From positions 3,680,001 to 3,744,000 of the forward strand of contig OZ244999.1 of assembly GCA_965223265.1 (NCBI GenBank): a DNA stretch of 64,000 nucleotides, written 5' to 3'. The position numbers were made by a program, and so were the translations under genes. Each line of letters opens with the position of its first letter. Within the stretch, counting starts at the first letter, position 1. This DNA comes from Planctomycetota bacterium. Its GTDB lineage: Bacteria; Planctomycetota; UBA8108; SXIK01. Shown here piece by piece: positions 47,240 to 57,720 of this stretch. The notes below the pieces were generated by a model. It saw only the letters and a list, made by a program, of their open reading frames with translations, ran no database searches and was not told where the DNA came from.

Positions 47240-48586
47240 ATGAAGATCGCTGTCGTCGCCACCGGGGCCGCCGGCATGTACTGCGGCAGCTGTTTGCGAG
47301 ACAACGCGCTTGCTGTCGCGCTGCAGAAGCTCGGGCACGAAGTAACCTTCATTCCGACGTACACGCCGCTGCGACTCGACGAGTCGAGCGTCAAGCACGA
47401 ATCGGTGCTCCTCAACGGTGTGCGCGTGTATGCCGAACAGAAACTCTCGTTCGTACGCAGGCCGACGAGCTTCGTACGGCGCCTATTAGGCTCCCAGGCG
47501 CTTCTACGCTGGGTGTCGAACTTGGCGCTCGGAAACGAACCTAAGAAACTCGGCGCGTTGACCGTGTCGATGCTCCAGGGCGTCGACGGCAACCAGAGGA
47601 CGTCGATGGAAGAGCTGATCGAGTGGCTCCACGCCCATGCCCCGTTCGACGTGGTCCACCTCAGCAACAGCCTTCTGAGCGGCGTAGCGCCGGCGCTCAA
47701 GCGCGCCATGGACGTACCCATCACGTGTGGACTGACCGGCGAAGACTACTTTGTCGACGGTCTCGAGCCTCCGTATCGTGACCTCGCCCGAGAACTGGTG
47801 CGTCAGAACAGCCGCTCGATCGACCGCTTCATCGCGCCAACGGATTGCTACCGAGACCTTATCGTCGAGACGTTCACAATCGATCCGAACGCCATTGCAG
47901 TGGTCAATCCCGGCATTTCGCTGCAGGACTACCAGGGCGAGCTCGAAACGCCACCACGCTCCGACGAAACGTTGAAGCTCGGTTACTTCGCCCGCATTGC
48001 GCCGGAGAAGGGTGGACACCTGCTTGTCGAGGCGTTCCGCCAACTCGCCGCTGAGTTTCCACAACTGGAATTGCACATGGCAGGCTCGCTGGGCGGACAG
48101 GGGATTCCCTACGCACGCGGTCTGCGCGCACGGCTAGCGGCGGCTGGATTGAGTCGGCGATTTCACCTCGTCGGGACTCTTGACCGCCAGCAGAAAGTCG
48201 CGTTCCTCCGTTCGCTCGACGTGTTCGCGATGCCATCAATTTACGAGGAGTCCAAGGCGCTGCCGGCCATTGAGGCGCTCGCGAGCGGTGTTCCGATCGT
48301 CGTCCCCGATGCCGGAGCCTTCCGCGAAATCGTCGAACGTTCGGGGGGAGGCGTGCTGCATGAGCCTCGCAGTGCGTCCGACCTCGCCGCCAAGCTCGCT
48401 CTCCTGCTCAAAGACTCCGCGCTGCGCACTCAACATGCGTCGGCGGGCCGCGCCGCTGCACACGAGTGGTTCTCGAGCGCACGCATGGCAGAAGAGACCG
48501 CAGCTGTCTTCGCGGTGGCGGCTTCTGCGGCGAAGGCTTCGCGAACCGAGCGCGACGAAGACAGTCGCTGCGCCGGGCGGCACTGA
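47240..48586 (+). CDS. Glycosyltransferase family 4 with N-terminal CxxC
   Basis: MKIAVVATGAAGMYCGSCLRDN, GYFARIAPEKG, PSIYEESKALPAIEALASGVPIV. Confidence 0.87.
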   Translation: MKIAVVATGAAGMYCGSCLRDNALAVALQKLGHEVTFIPTYTPLRLDESSVKHESVLLNGVRVYAEQKLSFVRRPTSFVRRLLGSQALLRWVSNLALGNEPKKLGALTVSMLQGVDGNQRTSMEELIEWLHAHAPFDVVHLSNSLLSGVAPALKRAMDVPITCGLTGEDYFVDGLEPPYRDLARELVRQNSRSIDRFIAPTDCYRDLIVETFTIDPNAIAVVNPGISLQDYQGELETPPRSDETLKLGYFARIAPEKGGHLLVEAFRQLAAEFPQLELHMAGSLGGQGIPYARGLRARLAAAGLSRRFHLVGTLDRQQKVAFLRSLDVFAMPSIYEESKALPAIEALASGVPIVVPDAGAFREIVERSGGGVLHEPRSASDLAAKLALLLKDSALRTQHASAGRAAAHEWFSSARMAEETAAVFAVAASAAKASRTERDEDSRCAGRH

Positions 48587-48670
48587 ACAACTCCGTGCAA
48601 CGCTGCACAAAAACTGAACGGAAACGATCTGCCGCACAGACGATCGCTCAAGAGACTATCGGAGTACCGC

Positions 48671-49402
48671 ATGACTGGAAAGGAACGGACCGTCGTCGTC
48701 ACTGGCGGCGGCACTGGCATTGGGGCGGCATGCGCTCTGACGCTGGCACGGGAAGGATTCCGCGTCGCGATCTCAGGCCGCCGCGAAGAAAAGCTGCGCG
48801 AAGTTGCTGCACGTGTTGAGGGCGCGGGGGAAATCCTCACGCGCGCCGCAGACGTTGGTGATCGCGACAGTGCGCATGCGCTCATCGACTGGGCTGAGCG
48901 TGAGCTGGGACAAGTCGACATTTTGATCCAAAGCGCCGGCGTCAACGTTCCGAAACGATCCATGGAGGATCTCTCGCCAGCTGATTGGGACCATTTGCTC
49001 CGCATCAATGCCACCGGAGCGTACAACTGCATGCACGCGGTCCTGCCCGGCATGCGCGAACGTCATGACGGCCTCATCGTCAACATCTCCTCAGTCGCAG
49101 GAATCAGGGCGAGCGTTCTGGGCGGCGTCGCGTACTCCGCGTCGAAATTCGCCATGTCGGCGCTCGGCCTCACGGTCGGCATCGAGGTCAAGGATCTCGG
49201 GATTCGCGTCACCAACGTTTACCCCGGCGAAGTGGAAACCCCGCTCCTCGACGACAGGCCAACGCCCGTCAGCGCCGAACACCGCGCGCGGATTCTGCAG
49301 CCCGAAGACGTTGCAGCGCTGGTTCTCACCATCGCCAACCTGCCACCGCGCGCTCACGTGCCCGAAATTCTTATCAAACCAACGCAACAGGCATTCGCTT
49401 AG
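48671..49402 (+). CDS. Short-chain dehydrogenase/reductase (SDR)
   Basis: VTGGGTGIG, NISSVAG, YSASK, PGEVET. Confidence 0.92.
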   Translation: MTGKERTVVVTGGGTGIGAACALTLAREGFRVAISGRREEKLREVAARVEGAGEILTRAADVGDRDSAHALIDWAERELGQVDILIQSAGVNVPKRSMEDLSPADWDHLLRINATGAYNCMHAVLPGMRERHDGLIVNISSVAGIRASVLGGVAYSASKFAMSALGLTVGIEVKDLGIRVTNVYPGEVETPLLDDRPTPVSAEHRARILQPEDVAALVLTIANLPPRAHVPEILIKPTQQAFA

Positions 49403-49523
49403 CCTCGAATTAGGAGCCTTTTCGTGGCCGCCCCCTGGCCGTTTCACACTGAGCTGCGACAGCCCGGACGCATCTCGGTCGACCGCGCGGAGCCGCGGCA
49501 GCTCGTTACAGCACCGAAGAACT

Positions 49524-49961
49524 ATGTCTCACGTCGCCTTCGTCCACAAACGTCGCGTCGAGTTTGCAGACACCGATGTCGCCGGCATCGCTCACTTTTC
49601 GCGTTTCTTCTGCTATGCGGAGGAAGCTGAGCACGCTTTCCTCCGCTCGATCGGCCTCAGCGTTCACAGCGAGCAGAAAGATGGCATCATAGGTTTTCCA
49701 CGCCTGAGAACTCAGTTCGAGTTCGAGCGCGCGCTGCGTTTCGAGGACGAAGTCGAGATTCGGCTCGAAGTCAGGCGTGAAGGGACAAAGAGACTCGTCT
49801 ACAAGTTTTCCTTTTTTCACGATGCAGCGCAGGTCGCGACGGGTGAGTTCATAGTAGTCTGTTGCCTGTGCCACGCGGATGGGCGCATCGAATCTGTGGC
49901 ACTGCCACCGGAGTTTGCCAAACGCATCGACGCGGCCGCGTCCGCCTCGCCACACCATTGA
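49524..49961 (+). CDS. Hot-dog fold acyl-CoA thioesterase (4HBT/YbgC-like)
   Basis: RRVEFADTDVAGIAHFSRFF, LRFEDEV. Confidence 0.85.
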   Translation: MSHVAFVHKRRVEFADTDVAGIAHFSRFFCYAEEAEHAFLRSIGLSVHSEQKDGIIGFPRLRTQFEFERALRFEDEVEIRLEVRREGTKRLVYKFSFFHDAAQVATGEFIVVCCLCHADGRIESVALPPEFAKRIDAAASASPHH

Positions 49962-49977
49962 AGGACCGGACGATAGC

Positions 49978-50691
49978 ATGATCAGCCGCAGCCAGCTCGA
50001 AGTCGTTGGACTCACCAAAGCGTACACGACTCCGACCGAGCCGCTCAGCGTTCTCGAAGCACTCGAACTATCGATGCAGCCCGGCGATTCCGTCGCCATC
50101 ACCGGGCCGTCGGGGTGCGGTAAGAGCACGCTCCTTCACATCCTCGGAACGCTCGATCGGCCAACCGCAGGAAGCGTCCGCCTCGGTGAGACGGACCCGT
50201 TCGAGCTCGGCGAAAAGGAGCTGGCCCGCTTCCGTGGTGAGAAGATCGGCTTCGTTTTCCAAGATCACCACCTGCTTCCACAGTGCACCGCAGTCGAAAA
50301 CGTCCTCGTGCCCCTTCTCGCCGCGGGTGGTGTCGACGACGCCGGTCGCCAACGCGGCGCGCAGCTACTCAAGCGTGTCGGGCTGGCCGACCGCGCGACC
50401 CATCGCCCGGCGGAGCTGTCGGGTGGTGAACGCCAGCGGGTTGCCATCGCGCGCGCTCTGATCCGCGATCCCGATCTCGTTCTTTGCGACGAACCGACGG
50501 GAAATCTCGACCCAAGCTCCGCCGCCGCGGTTGCAGACCTTTTTCTTGACCTCCATGCCGAAGGCGATGGCCTCCTCATCGTTGTGACGCATAGCCTAGA
50601 GCTCGCAGCCCGGTTTGGACGTCACTTGGAGCTGGACGACGGTAAGTTGGTGGACGCTGCCAGCAGCAACAAAACGGAGCCAACTCGCTAG
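49978..50691 (+). CDS. ABC transporter ATP-binding protein (LolD/MacB-like)
   Basis: GPSGCGKSTLL, IGFVFQDHHLL, LSGGERQRVAIARAL, CDEPTGNLD, VTH. Confidence 0.93.
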   Translation: MISRSQLEVVGLTKAYTTPTEPLSVLEALELSMQPGDSVAITGPSGCGKSTLLHILGTLDRPTAGSVRLGETDPFELGEKELARFRGEKIGFVFQDHHLLPQCTAVENVLVPLLAAGGVDDAGRQRGAQLLKRVGLADRATHRPAELSGGERQRVAIARALIRDPDLVLCDEPTGNLDPSSAAAVADLFLDLHAEGDGLLIVVTHSLELAARFGRHLELDDGKLVDAASSNKTEPTR

Positions 50692-50713
50692 GCGCTTTTC
50701 TTAGGCAGGCGCG

Positions 50714-53700
50714 ATGTCAACACGCAAGCGATTTGATCTCAGCAATCTCGCCTGGCGCGGCTTAAGCCATCATCGACGCGCGTATGTAGCAGCAGTGCTG
50801 GCGGCGGCGACGGCGACAGCGATCATCTGCGGTGCATTCTTCGTTGGCGATTCTGTGCGCGGCAGCCTCGAAGCACGCGTCCTCGATCGCCTGGGTCGCA
50901 TCGATCAACTCGTCGAAACGACGGGGTGGGTGCGCCGCGAGCTAGCGACCGAGCTCGAGTCCGACCCGTCGAACGAATCCAACGAGCGAGCAACAGGCGG
51001 CGTCACGGCCGTACCACTGATCATTCAGCGAGCGACGGTGATTCACGCTGACAGTCAGGCGCGTTCGAATACAGTGACGATCTACGGCGTACCGGCGCGC
51101 TTCTGGAGCCTCTGGCCGCACGGTGAGAGAAACGAGACTGAGTTCGCCGACCTTGGGCGCCGTCGTCATGGCTGGCTCAACGCCGAGCTGGCAGATGCCG
51201 TGGGTGCCAAAGCAGAAGAGTCAGTGCTGGTCCACTTGGAGAAACCCAGCGACATTGCGGCTGAGCACCCACTTGGAGAGCGAACGGAACGGCTCCGCCC
51301 GCTGCGTCTGAAAGTGCGCCGGCTCGTTCCGAACGAGGGCGCCGGGCTGTTTCGGCTCGACCAAGGTCAAGGTCCGGTGCACAACCTTTACGTGCCGCTC
51401 GAGATGCTGGGTCGGGCGCTCGAGCGTGAAACCGAGGCCAACGCCATCGTTGTGGCTGCCGGAGAGTTGTCCCCGGAGGCGACGACGACCCGTCTCCACA
51501 CCGCGTGGCATTTGGAAGACGCGGGACTGCGCTTCGAGGTCGACGGCGAACGCGGCTACGCCCGCCTCGAGAGCCGGGAGCTTCTTCTCAGCCCAGCCGT
51601 CCTCGAAGCGGCGAGCAAAACGGCGTTTGATTTGGATGGCCTGACGCTCGAGTCACTGACCTACCTCGCCAACACGATGCGAGTCGGCGAGCGTGAAATT
51701 CCCTACTCCACGGTCACAGCGCTCGGCGTTTGGGAGTCGCAAAGCGGAGCGGTTGCGCCAGCGCTCGCGGCGTTGGCACCTGGTGCCCTCAAAACCGACA
51801 CGATCAACACTGGCGCGCCGCCTCCGTCGATCGTTCTCAACGACTGGGCTGCGGAGGATGCGCAAGCGCAAATTGGCGACACGGTCCGCCTGACCTATTA
51901 CGTCGTCGACGAGCAGCACCAGCTAACGGACGCAGATGTCGATTTTCGCCTCAGCAGCGTCGTAGCGCTGAGCGGTGACGCTGCCGATCCGCATTGGACG
52001 CCGACGTTTCCTGGCGTCTCCGATGCTGACACGCTGCAGTCGTGGGACCCGAGCTTTCCGGTGGACCTCTCGCGCGTGCGGGACAAAGACGACGACTACT
52101 GGGAAGAACACCGAACGACACCAAAGGCGTTCGTCGCACTGGCGAGCGGCAAGGAACTTTGGGCGAGCCGCTTCGGCGTTGCCACGTCGCTGCGTGTACG
52201 ACCCATGCCGCAGCCGGAGGGGGAGAAGGACGGGGACGGGGATGACGCAGAAAGCGACGACTCGCAGCGCCTCGACTCCTGGGCCGCAAAGTTCAAGAGC
52301 ACCCTCCTCCGTGAACTCTCGCCGTCTCAGGTTGGTCTCAGCGTCCAACCGATCCGAGCGATGGGACTCGAATCGGCGCGCGGCGCCACGGACTTCACCC
52401 TCCTTTTCGTCTCGTTCAGCTTTCTCCTCATCGTCGCCGCAGTCGTTCTGCTGACACTCGTTTTTCGGCTCGCCTGCGAGCTCCGATTCGCGGAATTCGG
52501 CACGCTGATGGCGGTCGGCTTCGAACGCCAGAAGGTGCAGTCGCTCCTACTTCGTGAAGGGCTGGGACTGCTCGTCTTCGGCGCGCTCCTCGGTGCCGTC
52601 GCGGGGGTTGCCTACGCGTCTGTTCTCGTCACCGGACTCAAAACGCTGTGGCAAGGCGCGGTCAACGCGCCGTTCCTTCAGCTGCACGTCAGACCGCTGA
52701 GCGTCCTCGCGGGCGCTGGGATCACATGCGTTCTCTCGTTCGTCATGATCTGGCTGGTAGCGCGCCGCGCCAGTCGCCTCGCGCCGGCAAGGCTCTTGGC
52801 AGGCGACACGACAGATCCCGGCGATGGCCAGAGGCGCGCCACCAGATTCGCCGCGCGTTGGCAGTGGTTTGTCGCTCTCGCGCTCGGCGTTGGCGCGGCT
52901 GCGCTTGTGATCTACGGCGCAGCCGTCACCGTGTCTCGACCGGAAGCGATTTTTTTCACTGCTGGGGCGATGAGTCTGGCCTCGGGGCTTCTGACTTTTT
53001 GGATTCTGATCCGCGGCCGCAAGGACTCCGTGCTTCCAGGGCGAGGCCGTGCCGCGCTGTTTTTGTTGGCGGCGCGCAATGCTGGGCGCTCCCCAGGGCG
53101 TAGTCTTTTGACAGTTACCGTGTTGGCAGCGGCGGCGTTTCTCGTCGTTGCCGTCGCGGCTCAGCGTCGCGACGTCAGCCAGTCCACGCCCGACCCTGCG
53201 TCCGGTGATGGCGGTTACGCTCTCATGGCGCGCTCCTCAGTGCCGCTGACGCAGTCGCTCGCAACTGATGCTGGGCGGGAGTCCTTGCAGATCGGCGACG
53301 AGACGCGCCGGCTGCTCGATGCAGCATCCGGGCTGCACGCCTTCCGGGTGCGCCCAGGAGACGACGCCAGCTGCCTCAACCTCTATCGACCCCAATCACC
53401 CCGGATCCTGGGCGCCCCAGCTGGCTTCGTCGCGCAAGGCGGATTTCGCTGGGCGCAGTCGCTGGCAGAAAGCGAGGCGGAGAAGGAAAACCCGTGGCGT
53501 CTCCTCGACCGGGAGTTCCCCGACGGCGCACTCGCCGCAGTCGGCGACCTGAACACCGTCATGTGGATCCTCCACGCCGGCCTTGGTGACACGGTCGAAG
53601 TCGTGGACGATCACGGCCGCACGGTGAAGCTGAGGCTCGTCGGACTGCTGTCACACAGCATCTTTCAGAGCGAACTTGTCATCAGCGCGCAAGCTTTTGT

Positions 53701-54244
53701 TGGCGCGTTCCCACAACTGACGGGCGAGAGCTTTTTCCTCGTCGGCAGCGGACAAGAAGACTCGCCCCAGCTGGCCACCGCTCTTGAAGCCGATTTATCC
53801 GACTGGGGATTCGACGTCACGTCGACAGGCGAGCAGCTGGCGGCGTTCAAACGCGTCGAGAATACCTATCTATCGACGTTTCAAATCCTCGGCGGGCTGG
53901 GCCTCCTCCTGGGGACGCTCGGACTCGCGGTCGTCCTCTACCGCAACGTCACGGAACGGCGCGGCGAGCTGGCGCTTTTGCGTGCGGTCGGCTTTGCCAG
54001 CCGTTCGATTGCCTGGCTGGTCTTCAGCGAAACGATTCTTCTTCTCGGCGTCGGCGTCGTCATCGGCGGTGGCTCCGCTCTGTTAGCGGTCGCCCCGCAG
54101 CTCGCCTCCGCGGCGAGCGAAGTCGACACCCTCGGGCTTGTAGTGACGCTCGTGGTGATCCTAGCCAGCGGCCTTCTTGCGGCGGTGGGAGCGCTGCGCG
54201 CTGCGCTCAAGGCGCCGCTCTTGCCGGCGCTTAGGGCGGGGTGA
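50714..54244 (+). CDS. Large ABC transporter permease (double FtsX/MacB-type)
   Basis: Two large periplasmic domains and two FtsX-like TM bundles (EFGTLMAVGF; RRGELALLRAVGF). Confidence 0.88.
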   Translation: MSTRKRFDLSNLAWRGLSHHRRAYVAAVLAAATATAIICGAFFVGDSVRGSLEARVLDRLGRIDQLVETTGWVRRELATELESDPSNESNERATGGVTAVPLIIQRATVIHADSQARSNTVTIYGVPARFWSLWPHGERNETEFADLGRRRHGWLNAELADAVGAKAEESVLVHLEKPSDIAAEHPLGERTERLRPLRLKVRRLVPNEGAGLFRLDQGQGPVHNLYVPLEMLGRALERETEANAIVVAAGELSPEATTTRLHTAWHLEDAGLRFEVDGERGYARLESRELLLSPAVLEAASKTAFDLDGLTLESLTYLANTMRVGEREIPYSTVTALGVWESQSGAVAPALAALAPGALKTDTINTGAPPPSIVLNDWAAEDAQAQIGDTVRLTYYVVDEQHQLTDADVDFRLSSVVALSGDAADPHWTPTFPGVSDADTLQSWDPSFPVDLSRVRDKDDDYWEEHRTTPKAFVALASGKELWASRFGVATSLRVRPMPQPEGEKDGDGDDAESDDSQRLDSWAAKFKSTLLRELSPSQVGLSVQPIRAMGLESARGATDFTLLFVSFSFLLIVAAVVLLTLVFRLACELRFAEFGTLMAVGFERQKVQSLLLREGLGLLVFGALLGAVAGVAYASVLVTGLKTLWQGAVNAPFLQLHVRPLSVLAGAGITCVLSFVMIWLVARRASRLAPARLLAGDTTDPGDGQRRATRFAARWQWFVALALGVGAAALVIYGAAVTVSRPEAIFFTAGAMSLASGLLTFWILIRGRKDSVLPGRGRAALFLLAARNAGRSPGRSLLTVTVLAAAAFLVVAVAAQRRDVSQSTPDPASGDGGYALMARSSVPLTQSLATDAGRESLQIGDETRRLLDAASGLHAFRVRPGDDASCLNLYRPQSPRILGAPAGFVAQGGFRWAQSLAESEAEKENPWRLLDREFPDGALAAVGDLNTVMWILHAGLGDTVEVVDDHGRTVKLRLVGLLSHSIFQSELVISAQAFVGAFPQLTGESFFLVGSGQEDSPQLATALEADLSDWGFDVTSTGEQLAAFKRVENTYLSTFQILGGLGLLLGTLGLAVVLYRNVTERRGELALLRAVGFASRSIAWLVFSETILLLGVGVVIGGGSALLAVAPQLASAASEVDTLGLVVTLVVILASGLLAAVGALRAALKAPLLPALRAG

Positions 54245-54323
54245 GGCGCGACAAAGATTTCCACCGGAGTTTTCGCCTCAAGGCACGCGCGACCCGGCCG
54301 TTTGAAACCGCAAAGGGCAACGC

Positions 54324-54992
54324 ATGTGGACCAACATCTTTCCTCTGGCCGGCATGGCTGTCGGGACATACCTTGTTTACGCTTTGGCAGAATCTGGGCT
54401 TGAGATGGAGAACTGGGTTCGAGTTTTGGCAAGCGCTGCCATCCCGGTGGCTCACACTTGTTTCGGATTCTACATCGGTGCCCGCATCGATCGCATGCGA
54501 GTCAACCGCTTCATCGGTCGACACACCGAAAAAAACGATCCCGGCGCTACAAAGCGCGGTCGTGTTGCCCGTCTCGTCGAGCTCTGGTGGGTGGTACTGA
54601 GGCTAACGCTTCCGGTGTCGTGCATTTTGGCCAGTCTCTTTCTTCCTCAGTGGCTACGGCAGAACTTCCCTGATGCGACCTTCGTAGCATGGTTGTTAAT
54701 AGCGTTGCAGATTGTTCTCATCCGGCACATCACTCTGGTGGTGCGGGAAGAGCTCGCAGTCCGTCAAACCCACCGCGACCTCAAGGCTCTCTCGAGCCGC
54801 TGGGCATGGTTCGATTGGAATGTGATCGAAGCGCGTGTCCAGAAAATAGCGCCGGCGCTCAGCCGCCTACGAAGCGGAGACCCGATAGAAGACGCGGCTG
54901 ACTTGTTCGATCCTGACTTTTTGCATATGGAGCAGCAGATCCTCGAGAAGGCCGCCAACGAAGAAATAACGAGTGTTTCTGACGTCTCTTGA
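54324..54992 (+). CDS. Hypothetical membrane protein (~4 TM)
   Basis: SD AAGGG, hydrophobic segments, 222 aa. Confidence 0.55.
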   Translation: MWTNIFPLAGMAVGTYLVYALAESGLEMENWVRVLASAAIPVAHTCFGFYIGARIDRMRVNRFIGRHTEKNDPGATKRGRVARLVELWWVVLRLTLPVSCILASLFLPQWLRQNFPDATFVAWLLIALQIVLIRHITLVVREELAVRQTHRDLKALSSRWAWFDWNVIEARVQKIAPALSRLRSGDPIEDAADLFDPDFLHMEQQILEKAANEEITSVSDVS

Positions 54993-55305
54993 GAGATCGC
55001 AGAAGTACTTTGAGGATGTCTTCAACTTTCGGTGCACTCCACATCCGAGCGACGGCGGCACTGTGTGTGTCGAATCGCCACATGTTCACCTCTTTCTCCA
55101 ACAGGCTCGAGGCGCCGCAGAGTTCCTTCGTCAGCAACACCTGTCGTTCGAGGTTGCAGACCTTGAGTGCGTCATCGAGTCGCTCCAGCTTCGAGGCGAG
55201 ACGTATGAAGTGGGTCTCTTCGACGCCTTCGAACATCGAAACTATCGCTGGTGCGAATGGCGTGGTCCAGACGAGATCCGGCTGGAGTGTGTCCAAGTCC
55301 TCTAA
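54973..55305 (+). CDS. VOC/glyoxalase-family protein, possibly 5'-truncated
   Basis: SLERSQKYFEDVFNF, QHLSFEVADL, RGPDEIRLE; the first beta-strand appears to be missing and an in-frame TAA lies just upstream. Confidence 0.55.
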   Translation: MFLTSLERSQKYFEDVFNFRCTPHPSDGGTVCVESPHVHLFLQQARGAAEFLRQQHLSFEVADLECVIESLQLRGETYEVGLFDAFEHRNYRWCEWRGPDEIRLECVQVL

Positions 55306-55317
55306 TCGTGCGGTTTC

Positions 55318-57222
55318 TCACCTCGGAGTGAACTTTCGCCTCTCCTTCGTCTGGCGCCACGTGACGACGACACTCCGAGGCGGCACGTCGACGGCTTGAG
55401 TTTGAAATCTTTGAGATCCAAAATTCGCGACGATGTCGATTTGATCTCCGAAGACCGTCTTCTGAACGGATCGATCCGGCGATAGCCAGACGAAGTCAGT
55501 CAGTGGAAGGAGTGTGAGCTCACGATGGAGCGGCGAGAAGAACTTGTAGTGCGCGCTTATGCGTGCTCGGTGTTTTTCAAGTTCCTTCATGTTCAGATGG
55601 TAGAGCGGCGGCACGTTGTAGAGCAGCTCCCACAGCTCTGTCGTTTGCACCTGGTCACGGAACTTCAGGCTGGCACGCCCCCAGTGGTGTGTGACGACGA
55701 CTGAGTCGTTGAACACCACTTGATAGAGCGGCAGCAAGAAACGAGGGTCGCGAAAGTAGCGGTAGCTCGGCTTCAGCGGCACCTGCATCATGAAGACTCT
55801 CGGGGCATTTGGAGGCCAATAGCCGCCGAGCCAGTATTCGGAGTCCCTATTCTTGAGGTCAGGGTCGCCCCACCCTAGCGTTGGGGCCGTGACTCCATGC
55901 GCGAAGTGGATGTTTCGCGCGACAAGATAAGCCCCACCTTCCGAACCGATGACCGCGCCGTGGGTGCGGTTGATCCACGCCAGTCGGTCGATCCGGGCGC
56001 GCAGATCGTCGAGCTGTGAAGCGGGGCGGATTTCAGAATAGTCATCGAACCATTGGCCGAACGCATCGCAATCGACGAAACACGAATTGAAAGCGTGTGT
56101 CGCCATGATCCCATTGACTCGCTTCTCGACGTAGGGACGGGCAGCGATCGGGCTCAGTACGTAGCCTTTGCCTCGAAAGCCTTGCCGCTTCGTTCCGTCC
56201 ATGTTCATGATCGGGCCGGTTTCGTAGAGTTCCAAGTCGAACTGGGCCGTCACCCAAGTATCCTTCTCCTCCGGATGGTGAATGCTGTGGTATGAGTCGT
56301 ATGGCCCCATGAGGAAGCCCAAGTCGGCAGCTCGGGTTGGTAGTTCTGGTTGGTCCGCCGCGACGTCCAAATCGTTCAGTGTCAGACACATGCGATCGAG
56401 GCCATACGATTTGAGTCGCTCGAGCATTTGCATGGAAACGCCATCTCCCCAAAGGTATGCGTGAGCGGCACCCAGGAGTCGTTCGGCGCGAGGCGTTTGT
56501 CGCAATTTGGCATCGATTCCGACGAATTCTCTCCGACTCGTGAGCCAGCGGCGGAATTGCCTGGCCGGCTCCACCGGCGATGGAGGTCCGAACCGTACGA
56601 CGACGCCGAACTCCTTCCGTTTTCGATTTCTTGTGAATCGATGCGTCGCCTGAAGCGCGAGCGTGTCGCCCTCTGACCGATAGAGCAGATCGGTGTTGAA
56701 CGGATTCGTGAGGATGAAGGTCAGCGAGCGAGTCTTGAGGTGTAGCCCCCAAAACGGCATGGACAACTCCGTCACTCTGAACGACTGATCCGCGAGATAC
56801 TCCCGCCAGACAGTATCGTGCGGCGGGATATACCAGCCGCACGAGTGAGGGACAACGTACCCTTCGACTTCTGGCGCCGCCTTGACGACCGGCCACGTCA
56901 GGTCTTGTTCGCGCTCAGAGATAAAGTTGACGACGAGTTCGTCGGCTCTCAGCCGACACTGTACGTTCAATGCCAGTTCCGGAAGATGCCACGATGCGGT
57001 GTTGCCGTGGACTTTGAGACGAGCAACTGCAGATGCAGTCTTCCGCGGTTCAGAGAGGTTGAGCCGTTCGCCTCCCGGGAAGACGATCTCGATTTTTATG
57101 TTGGACGGATCGATGACAGCTGTCTGCCCGGAATGCGAGAGGCGCACCGCGTCGCCTGCAGTTGCGATCGCACTCCATCCAACAACCATCCAGACGATCA
57201 CTCTAACGTTTGGCGGCTGCAT
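55318..57222 (-). CDS. Secreted glycoside hydrolase, GH101/GH129-related
   Basis: Signal peptide; YLWGDG, GPYDSYHSIH, FVDCDAFG, IGSEGG, LPLYQVVFNDSVV, LLYNVPPLYHL. Confidence 0.7.
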   Translation of the reverse strand: MQPPNVRVIVWMVVGWSAIATAGDAVRLSHSGQTAVIDPSNIKIEIVFPGGERLNLSEPRKTASAVARLKVHGNTASWHLPELALNVQCRLRADELVVNFISEREQDLTWPVVKAAPEVEGYVVPHSCGWYIPPHDTVWREYLADQSFRVTELSMPFWGLHLKTRSLTFILTNPFNTDLLYRSEGDTLALQATHRFTRNRKRKEFGVVVRFGPPSPVEPARQFRRWLTSRREFVGIDAKLRQTPRAERLLGAAHAYLWGDGVSMQMLERLKSYGLDRMCLTLNDLDVAADQPELPTRAADLGFLMGPYDSYHSIHHPEEKDTWVTAQFDLELYETGPIMNMDGTKRQGFRGKGYVLSPIAARPYVEKRVNGIMATHAFNSCFVDCDAFGQWFDDYSEIRPASQLDDLRARIDRLAWINRTHGAVIGSEGGAYLVARNIHFAHGVTAPTLGWGDPDLKNRDSEYWLGGYWPPNAPRVFMMQVPLKPSYRYFRDPRFLLPLYQVVFNDSVVVTHHWGRASLKFRDQVQTTELWELLYNVPPLYHLNMKELEKHRARISAHYKFFSPLHRELTLLPLTDFVWLSPDRSVQKTVFGDQIDIVANFGSQRFQTQAVDVPPRSVVVTWRQTKERRKFTPR

Positions 57223-57291
57223 GCTCTTCGCTCCTTTCGTGCGCCGTGTGTCTGCGTCGGCGAGGAGCACTCGGGGCTTGAAATCAGAGGC

Positions 57292-57720
57292 TCAAACGCT
57301 TGGTTTGTGATCAGCTTGATCGCCCGCTTGTGATCCTCGCTCTGCTTCGCTCCTACCCCGAAGTTCCTTCGCACTCTCTTCCGACCCACTCCCTGATTGC
57401 GCGTGCCGTCGGTGTGACTCTGTGCGTCTCTCCAGGTGCACAGTCGACGTCTGGTTGTTCTCGCGGACAAGACTGTACCCCGCGGAACCTTCCGCAACGC
57501 CGCACAGCTGCCAGTTCACGCCCGTGTGGACCAACCACCAGATGAAGCAGTGGTTCTGCTCTGCGTGTCGCCCCTCGAGAAGTGTCCCTGAGTCATCCTC
57601 GATGAAATCGATGAGCCTCAGGCGAACCTCAACGCTCACCAATGTCTCCCGGTCTTCTGTCTCCGCGAAGACGGAAACTGGACGTATGCGTTTGATCGAG
57701 ATGAGCAGACCAGAAGGCAC
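57292..57720 (-). pseudogene. Possible Tim44-like domain fragment
   Basis: VEVRLRLIDFIEDDSGTLLEG...FIWWLVH...WQLCGV resembles the C-terminal half of Tim44-like domains; no N-terminal part. Confidence 0.3.
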
